Source: Ignavibacteriae bacterium HGW-Ignavibacteriae-4 (GTDB lineage: Bacteria; Bacteroidota; Ignavibacteria; Kapaibacteriales; UBA2268). From it: DNA of 64,000 nucleotides. The notes below the pieces were generated by a model. The model was not told the origin of the DNA. It worked only from the letters and a program-made list of their open reading frames with translations, and did no database searches. A program made the translations under genes and the position numbers. Location: positions 43,388 to 107,387 of the forward strand of contig PGYR01000003.1 in assembly GCA_002839765.1 (NCBI GenBank), read 5' to 3'. Of this stretch, positions 57,665 through 64,000 are shown piece after piece; the first letter of the stretch is position 1, and every line of letters starts with the position of its first letter.

Positions 57665-58718
57665 TTATTTCCTCTATTATTTGTTTTAATGCTGCTAATA
57701 CATCGGTGATTTTTATCAATCCCAATGTTTCCTTATCTGAAATTTTCAATACTTTGCTATGTTTGCTTCGTGGTTCCCACGGCATACCCACATTTGGTTT
57801 ATTACTATACGTATATAAAGCGACGCAGGGTATATCCAAAGCGGAACAAAGATGCACCACAGAAGTATCGGGTGTTAGTACTATATCACAAGTGCTAATC
57901 ATAGCTGTGAACTGTTCGAAAGATCTGACAAACGGAGCCGCAATATTTGGGACAATCCCTGTTATCTCATTCAGCTGCTTTTCATTGCTTTTGGTTGTGA
58001 AGACCTTGACTTCCAGTTTATCTTGTAGTGAATCTAGTGCCTTCAGAAAACCTATATAATTGCCTGTGCCCCAGTTTTTGGAATCATCGGAGCCAGAAAG
58101 ATTAATACCCAATCTCATTTTTTTAGATTTTTCACCAAGTAATTCGGTTGCTTTTTCTCGACTTTCATCACTCAATTCAAACGACAATGATTCTTCGTTC
58201 AACTCACTTCCTGCGAAAGGCAAAAGTAATGAATTTAATCTTTCTATAATATGATTTTCAATCTTGTTCGGCAATTTAACTAAATGCGAATACACTTTTC
58301 TATTCTTCTTATCAAATCCCAGCTTTGCTTTTGCTATTGTAAATCGTGTCAATATTGAAGATGTACTGGAAGCATTATCCAATAAATCTATCACAATATC
58401 ATATTGTTGCTTTCTTATTTCACTAAGTATTTTGAGGTATGCTAGCATACCTTTCTCTAAAACATAAACCTGATTTATACTTTCTTTAATAGCGAACTGT
58501 GCTGATTTATTCCTGTGGCTAAGTACAATATCAATTTGTGAATCTGGTAGAATAGCTCTTAGCTTTTTAAGAAAAGCAATCGAAACTAATACATCGCCGA
58601 TTCTATCTTGGCGTAGTATAAGAACCTTCTTTGGATTTTGGAAATCATCTAACGTTCTCGTTACTAACATTGGGTTATCTTTGCGTTCAGTTAGCTTTCT
58701 AATGAGTGATTTGAGCAT
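57657..58718 (-). CDS. glycosyltransferase family 9 (heptosyltransferase-like)
   Basis: 353 aa. The ILILRQDRIGDVLVS N-terminal motif and C-terminal TPDTSVVHLCSAL motif are typical of GT9. Confidence 0.8.
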   Translation of the reverse strand: MLKSLIRKLTERKDNPMLVTRTLDDFQNPKKVLILRQDRIGDVLVSIAFLKKLRAILPDSQIDIVLSHRNKSAQFAIKESINQVYVLEKGMLAYLKILSEIRKQQYDIVIDLLDNASSTSSILTRFTIAKAKLGFDKKNRKVYSHLVKLPNKIENHIIERLNSLLLPFAGSELNEESLSFELSDESREKATELLGEKSKKMRLGINLSGSDDSKNWGTGNYIGFLKALDSLQDKLEVKVFTTKSNEKQLNEITGIVPNIAAPFVRSFEQFTAMISTCDIVLTPDTSVVHLCSALDIPCVALYTYSNKPNVGMPWEPRSKHSKVLKISDKETLGLIKITDVLAALKQIIEEIND

Positions 58719-58722
58719 AGTA

Positions 58723-59667
58723 TTATTTGCCCTTCACTAATATATAATTCTTGAACCCACCGATGCTTCTACCACCTAACACTTTATTTTCGAGAAAGGA
58801 GAGCACTCTATATTTGAAACGCTCGTGCTTGTGCGAATCTCTATTTGGGTTTGGTTCACCGCTATATTGTAACCGATCTTTCCAATTCATTCTGGCAATC
58901 ATTTCTTTCATCACAGCAGGGTGAGTGTCATCAAAAACATCACATTTCTGCAAAGGTCCATAATCGAAATCAACTGACTTTTCTATGAATTTTTTTTCTG
59001 TGTCCTCATTACCCCAATAGGCAGTATTCATCACTTTTTGTTTCGTCCGCATTAACTGTGGCGGGCGAACCCATCCATAGTGATATATCTCGGCATCTAC
59101 TCTTGCAACTTTTAGTTTGTGGGTATTATCCTGATTTACATTCTTTGGTTTTTCGAATCGGCGGAAAGATTGTGCATCAACCCACGAGCGAATATCTGGT
59201 CTATTTCTAATAATTCGAATTTCATTTGGGTACCAAGCGTGACTTTGATTGTAATGCTCATAATCACCCCAGAAGTGTTTGTATTTGAAGAGCAGTCCAT
59301 CTACCTCATTATCATCTAATAACTGCTCACATCGCTTCTTAATCACTTCTAAATACTTTTCGTGAACCACTTCGTCTGCTTGCAAATAGAAACACCAATC
59401 ACCAGAACATTGGCTGAGAGCAAGGTTTGTCTCGGCAGCATATATAGTACCTCCTGACCATTTCTCTGTATCCCAAATTGTATCTATTATCTTTATTTTT
59501 GGCGAATTAATAGAAGCTATTATATCACGTGTGTGGTCATCTTCATCACCTTTACCAATAGCAATAACAAACTCATCGCAAATCGGTAGAATAGACTCTA
59601 TCGACTCCCGAAAAGGATAATATAGCTTTTCGCCATTACGGACGAATGTGAATCCACTAATTTTCAT
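58723..59667 (-). CDS. glycosyltransferase (GT2-like)
   Basis: 314 aa. MKISGFTFVRNG...YP..ESI.SILP.CDEFV and a DE(V/x) acidic motif (LQADEVVHE) fit GT2-like proteins found in LPS/glycan clusters. Confidence 0.65.
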   Translation of the reverse strand: MKISGFTFVRNGEKLYYPFRESIESILPICDEFVIAIGKGDEDDHTRDIIASINSPKIKIIDTIWDTEKWSGGTIYAAETNLALSQCSGDWCFYLQADEVVHEKYLEVIKKRCEQLLDDNEVDGLLFKYKHFWGDYEHYNQSHAWYPNEIRIIRNRPDIRSWVDAQSFRRFEKPKNVNQDNTHKLKVARVDAEIYHYGWVRPPQLMRTKQKVMNTAYWGNEDTEKKFIEKSVDFDYGPLQKCDVFDDTHPAVMKEMIARMNWKDRLQYSGEPNPNRDSHKHERFKYRVLSFLENKVLGGRSIGGFKNYILVKGK

Positions 59668-59699
59668 TTACTCAGTAACCAATTTTTCGTATATGTCCA

Positions 59700-60821
59700 T
59701 TAACTAAATTTTTTATACACTTCTACTGTCTCTTTTGCAGCATTTGACCAACTGAAATCCCTTGCTCGTTTTATACTTGCGTATTTAAGTTTGGTATGTA
59801 ATTCACTATCTGTTATTATTCTGTTCATCGCATCGAACAACTCATCAACACTATTCGGATCAACTAATACAGCAGCATCTCCTGCTACTTCTGGTAAACA
59901 AGAAGTCGTCGAGGTTATAACAGGTGCTCCACATTGCATAGCCTCAATTATTGGCAATCCGAATCCTTCAAAAAAAGATGGAAAGACGAATACTTTACAT
60001 TTATTGTAGAACTGAATAAGGTCTTCTATATCTAATCCTTTCAAATGATATATATTATCTGAATCGTTTTGTAATATATGATTATCTAAACCAACTAAAT
60101 CTTTATCTCTGCCATTAGCAACGAGTACTAATTTAAATTTTTCTCTAATATCTTCATTTAATTTAGAATAAGCAGATACTATTCTTTCAATATTTTTTCT
60201 TTCCTCATAACGTCCCACATAAAGTAAGAATTCCTTTTCAGGTAGATTGTATTTATCATACAAATCAAAATCTTTATTAGTTATTCTAAATATTGGGTTT
60301 GCTGCTTCATAGATTACATTTATTCTATCTTCTTCATAATCATAGTATTTGAGGATATCCTCTTTTACATTCTGAGTGGGTACTATCACTGCTCTTGAAT
60401 ATTCAAGTGTATCATCAATACATTTTTTAAAAAAGTCTCTATCGACAGCACAATCATAGTATAGCGGAAATAAATCATGAATCGTAGTAATAGAGTTTTC
60501 AATCTTGGGAAATCCAAAAGAATGAGTGAAGTGAATCAAATCCATCTGTTTAGCAATTCTTTTGTAAGTTAGCTCATCGTAGATCTTAACCATCGGCCTT
60601 CCAATATTTCCAATTATTTGGTCATGTGGAAGTATATTAAGAACATTCAAATTTGGCTTACTTCCTAAGTATTTTAATATTTTATCTTTCCGGTTGAATG
60701 AGGTAATTAAATTGAGATTTATATCTGGAAATTGGTTCAAAACACCAGAGATAATCTCTCTGGAATATGTTTCTATGCCACTTCTTCCAAATAAAATCTT
60801 TGCGTTATATGCTATTTTCAT
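59700..60821 (-). CDS. glycosyltransferase family 4 (GT-B, group 1)
   Basis: 373 aa. C-terminal motif FPSFFEGFGLPIIEAMQCGAPVI (EX7E). Confidence 0.85.
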   Translation of the reverse strand: MKIAYNAKILFGRSGIETYSREIISGVLNQFPDINLNLITSFNRKDKILKYLGSKPNLNVLNILPHDQIIGNIGRPMVKIYDELTYKRIAKQMDLIHFTHSFGFPKIENSITTIHDLFPLYYDCAVDRDFFKKCIDDTLEYSRAVIVPTQNVKEDILKYYDYEEDRINVIYEAANPIFRITNKDFDLYDKYNLPEKEFLLYVGRYEERKNIERIVSAYSKLNEDIREKFKLVLVANGRDKDLVGLDNHILQNDSDNIYHLKGLDIEDLIQFYNKCKVFVFPSFFEGFGLPIIEAMQCGAPVITSTTSCLPEVAGDAAVLVDPNSVDELFDAMNRIITDSELHTKLKYASIKRARDFSWSNAAKETVEVYKKFS

Positions 60822-61909
60822 TTTAACTCCCTCTCAAAATCTAAAAATCCTTTAACTACATCCTCGGTAGCTATATTTTCAATCGGCTCTCTAGCTTTAG
60901 TCCTAACATAGGCAAACTTGACTCCATAAGGCAACCATTCCTCAACGTGAGACGACAGCAAGCTATAAATAAGAAAAACAGGTATCTGTGTAGCAGAAGC
61001 AATATGTACAATAGATGTATCGGGGGTGAATACAATCGTAGATTGATTGATAATTGCTGCTACTTGTGTTAAGCTCATAGAATCGAACACCACTACTCTA
61101 TCGCTCTCTACTTTGTCTCTTATTTCTTCTGCTTTTTGTTGTTCATTAGGAGCTGAAATAATAATAATATTATACTCAGTTAAATCGTTTATTATTCTTC
61201 TAAGTATCTCAACATTCTTTTCAGTTGAAAATGTTCTATAATCATTGCCTGATGAAATATTATATACTATAAATGGAGTCAACTCACTTGTCTTTGTATC
61301 AGCATACTTAGAATCTTCTATACTAATACTCATCTTGTTTTCAATTAGATGATCATAGCTTTTTAATCCAAAGATATCTGCAATAAATTTACACTGTAAC
61401 TCCAGCATTGTTATCTTTTTTCGATGCTCATGAAGTGGTACTTGCATATTGAAAAGAGCAGAATAGATATCTCGTCTTTTATCATGTTCGATTACTGCTT
61501 TTACAGTTTTTCTATTACCAGCAATATTAGCAATTAAACCCGCCTTTGTAGTATCGTTCAAGACTAATGAGAGAACAAGATCATAATCATTTTTTCTAAT
61601 TCTTGCAGCCTGTACTAATGATTTAAAAAAACCAATTGGCTGAACATATTTATTTCTAATAATAGACTCGGAATCTAAAATACTTATATTTCGAGTAGAA
61701 GCAATTATATCTATATTTGATTCTGGTAGTATTTTTTTTAGCATTCTTATAACTGGTAATGTCACTATCATATCTCCAATAGCGTCATACCTAAGTACTA
61801 GGACATTAGTAATTTCAATTTTATTCAAAGGTGCACTTATATTATTATTTCTAAATATAATCCTAAAAATAGAATAGAAAAACTTTTTAAAAAGCATCTC
61901 AATTTTCAT
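60818..61909 (-). CDS. glycosyltransferase family 9 (heptosyltransferase-like), second copy
   Basis: 363 aa. Motifs VLVLRYDAIGDMIVTLP and TPDTSIVHIASA. Overlaps the GT4 gene by 4 nt. Confidence 0.8.
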   Translation of the reverse strand: MKIEMLFKKFFYSIFRIIFRNNNISAPLNKIEITNVLVLRYDAIGDMIVTLPVIRMLKKILPESNIDIIASTRNISILDSESIIRNKYVQPIGFFKSLVQAARIRKNDYDLVLSLVLNDTTKAGLIANIAGNRKTVKAVIEHDKRRDIYSALFNMQVPLHEHRKKITMLELQCKFIADIFGLKSYDHLIENKMSISIEDSKYADTKTSELTPFIVYNISSGNDYRTFSTEKNVEILRRIINDLTEYNIIIISAPNEQQKAEEIRDKVESDRVVVFDSMSLTQVAAIINQSTIVFTPDTSIVHIASATQIPVFLIYSLLSSHVEEWLPYGVKFAYVRTKAREPIENIATEDVVKGFLDFERELK

Positions 61910-62114
61910 TATATCTGAATATTATTCATAAAACTTTCTAGCAACCAAACACCATTTATTTTACTATTTCCCTATTAATCACTTGATAAATAGCTATTAT
62001 GTAATTAACTTTAATAATCGTAATATATGCATTTGACAATTATAGTTAAGAAGCATTTGCGAAACAATAATACAGAATATAATAATATAAATTAGATATT
62101 CCATATTTAAAATT

Positions 62115-62681
62115 ATGAACGAACTTTTAGAACTCGATAAACAGATATTTACATTTATTAACTCTGGTTTGGCAAACCCTGTTACTGACTTTCTGATGCC
62201 ATATATCACGGAGTTTAAAGTTTGGCTACCACTCTATATACTGGGAATAATTTATCTGCTATATAGATTTAGACTCAAAGGTTTATACATATTAGGTATT
62301 CTATTGTTAACCGTTGGTTTATGCGATTTGTTAAATGCACAGATACTTAAAGAATACTTCGTCCGTGTACGTCCATGTCATACTTTAGATGGTGTTAACC
62401 TTCTGATACATTGCGGTGGTGGTCTGAGCTTCCCATCTAATCATGCAGTTAATAATTTTGCTGCAGCAACAGTTCTTAGTTCATATTTCATGAGGAAAAA
62501 AGTAATATTCTTTTTTCTTGCTTCGTTGGTAGCTTTATCAAGAGTGTTTGTAGGCGTTCATTATTTTGCTGATATAACAGCTGGGGCAATAGAAGGTATA
62601 TTAATAGGCAGTCTAATAGTATTTCTATTCAAACAATTTAAGTATGATGCTAAAGTAGTGGAGAGTATTAGAATCAACTAA
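62115..62681 (+). CDS. PAP2-family phosphatase (membrane)
   Basis: 188 aa. PAP2 motifs (R)VRP, SFPSNHA and SRVFVGVHYFADI. Confidence 0.85.
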   Translation: MNELLELDKQIFTFINSGLANPVTDFLMPYITEFKVWLPLYILGIIYLLYRFRLKGLYILGILLLTVGLCDLLNAQILKEYFVRVRPCHTLDGVNLLIHCGGGLSFPSNHAVNNFAAATVLSSYFMRKKVIFFFLASLVALSRVFVGVHYFADITAGAIEGILIGSLIVFLFKQFKYDAKVVESIRIN

Positions 62682-63366
62682 TATTAGTCAGTCCGTCGGG
62701 TTTCATTTCGTATCTAATCGGTGCTATTGCAGCAAATTCTTTACTATGAGTAGCTGTAAGAATCGTTGTCCCAAATTCCTTATTAATCCTTATAAATAAT
62801 TCTGAGATAATTTCTGAATTACGTGAATCCAGATTACCAGTAGGTTCATCAGCAATTAGTATTTTTGGATCATTTATTATTGCTCTAGCTATCGCTACTC
62901 TTTGCTGCTCACCGCCAGACATTTTCTTTGGTTTGTAACTCGCTCTATTAGATATACCTACAAATTCAAGTAACTCTTTTGCTTTAGCCTCATAATCCTT
63001 TTTCTTAGTATTAGCAATCATAGCTGGAATCATCACATTTTCTAATGCTGTGAACTCAGGTAACAAATGATGAAATTGGAATATAAATCCAAGTTTAGAA
63101 TTTCTGAAATTATTCAATTTGGATTCATTGCAGTTGAGTAAATCTAGTTCCATATTGTAGTCAGAGTAATGAAGTGAACCAGTGGTAGGAGTATCAATTG
63201 AACCGATAATATGAAGTAAAGTACTTTTACCAACACCAGATGCACCTACAATAGATACAATCTGATTAGACTCTAAGTTCAAAGATAAATCCTTGAAAAC
63301 AGTAAGGCTATCCGAATTCGGATTAGTGTAAGTCTTTGATATATTTTGAATATTATATTTAATCAT
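62674..63366 (-). CDS. lolD: lipoprotein-release-type ABC transporter ATP-binding protein
   Basis: 230 aa. Walker A GASGVGKST, signature MSGGEQQRVAIARA and Walker B ILIADEPTGNLD. Confidence 0.85.
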   Translation of the reverse strand: MIKYNIQNISKTYTNPNSDSLTVFKDLSLNLESNQIVSIVGASGVGKSTLLHIIGSIDTPTTGSLHYSDYNMELDLLNCNESKLNNFRNSKLGFIFQFHHLLPEFTALENVMIPAMIANTKKKDYEAKAKELLEFVGISNRASYKPKKMSGGEQQRVAIARAIINDPKILIADEPTGNLDSRNSEIISELFIRINKEFGTTILTATHSKEFAAIAPIRYEMKPDGLTNIS

Positions 63367-63393
63367 AAAAAAAGGCGTCCATAAAGAACGCCC
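63365..63393 (-). terminator. hairpin + U-tract downstream of rplQ
   Basis: On the minus strand, GGCGTTCTTTATGGACGCC is followed by TTTTTTT. It sits between the rplQ stop and the lolD start. Confidence 0.55.
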
Positions 63394-63423
63394 AAATATA
63401 GGAATATTTTCTATAAAAAGATA

Positions 63424-64000
63424 TTAGTCTTTCTTTTCTTCTTCTGAATCTGTAGATTCTTCAGCAGTTGGCTCTTCTTCAACTTCTTCAGTAGTTTCAG
63501 TTGCTTCTGGAGTTTCTTCTACTACTTCATCAGTAGTTTCAGTAACTTCTGGAATTGCTTCTACAGTATCTACTGTTTCTTCTTCAGCTACTGGTTCTGC
63601 TACTTTTTCTTCTTTTGCAATTTCAGTTACTGCAGGAGCTACTTTAGGAGTAGATGCTTTTGCATTTGTTGCCTTTTTCTTCTTAGGTTTTTCAGCAGCG
63701 CCATCTTGTGGATTTGACCAATCAACTAATTCGATAAGAGCAACTTCAGCAGAGTCACCTCTACGAGTTCCTAACTTAATTATTCTTGTGTAACCACCTT
63801 CTCTATCAGCAACTACTGGAGCTATAGAGTCGAACAGTTCTTGTAGAACATCTTTTCTTTTTAATTCACGAGCAACTATACGTCTAGTGTGAATATCGAT
63901 AGTTTGACCATCAGGTAAACTGCCATTTTGTTCATTAACTAGAGCATGTCTAGCTTTAGAAATCAATTTTTCTGCGTAAGGTCTTAAAGCTTTTGCTTTT
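63424..64000 (-). CDS. rplQ: 50S ribosomal protein L17 with long acidic C-terminal extension, N-terminus beyond window
   Basis: The reading frame stays open to the window edge ([19 protein letters not shown]...[15 protein letters not shown], the L17 core). The track ORF starting at MISKARHA is an internal Met. Confidence 0.9.
   Translation of the reverse strand, partial: KAKALRPYAEKLISKARHALVNEQNGSLPDGQTIDIHTRRIVARELKRKDVLQELFDSIAPVVADREGGYTRIIKLGTRRGDSAEVALIELVDWSNPQDGAAEKPKKKKATNAKASTPKVAPAVTEIAKEEKVAEPVAEEETVDTVEAIPEVTETTDEVVEETPEATETTEEVEEEPTAEESTDSEEEKKD

Overview
AT-rich chromosomal segment, probably from the Bacteroidota/Ignavibacteriota (FCB) lineage. Lineage evidence: three proteins end in T9SS C-terminal sorting domains, TAnnTTTG (-7-type) promoter boxes are present, and there is a BatA-type protein. 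The window has three parts. (1) 1-27.1 kb is a housekeeping core. It holds wecB-rfbB, a GH3 hydrolase, ltaE, ispE, a LolC/E permease, a 1209-aa T9SS HExxH protein and a PAS kinase/sigma-54 regulator pair. It also holds TPR and BatA proteins, rluB, two tandem NSS-transporter + 41-aa small-subunit modules, and sdhCAB. (2) 27.1-46.3 kb is an accessory array of 19 plus-strand genes between sdhB and a convergent TRIC-family gene. The array is cut into 1-3-gene cassettes by 11 copies (plus 2 partial copies) of one conserved 60-90 nt junction module, which carries a terminator hairpin and a promoter-like box. Inside the array, a TRIC-gene 3' fragment abuts a copy of the last ~40 nt of sdhB. That junction is a footprint of tandem duplication or Campbell-type insertion. 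No integrase or transposase is visible in the window. This array is my main candidate for an undescribed cassette-acquisition system. (3) 46.4-64 kb holds a DedA protein, a cysteine hydrolase, a TPP riboswitch with a TonB-dependent receptor, and three tandem paralogs of an unknown secreted protein. It also holds an 11-gene minus-strand string (four LPS-type glycosyltransferases, an NdpA-like protein, four orphan ORFs, GNAT), then PAP2, lolD and rplQ. All calls rest on my reading of the translated ORFs and the raw sequence. No database searches were run.
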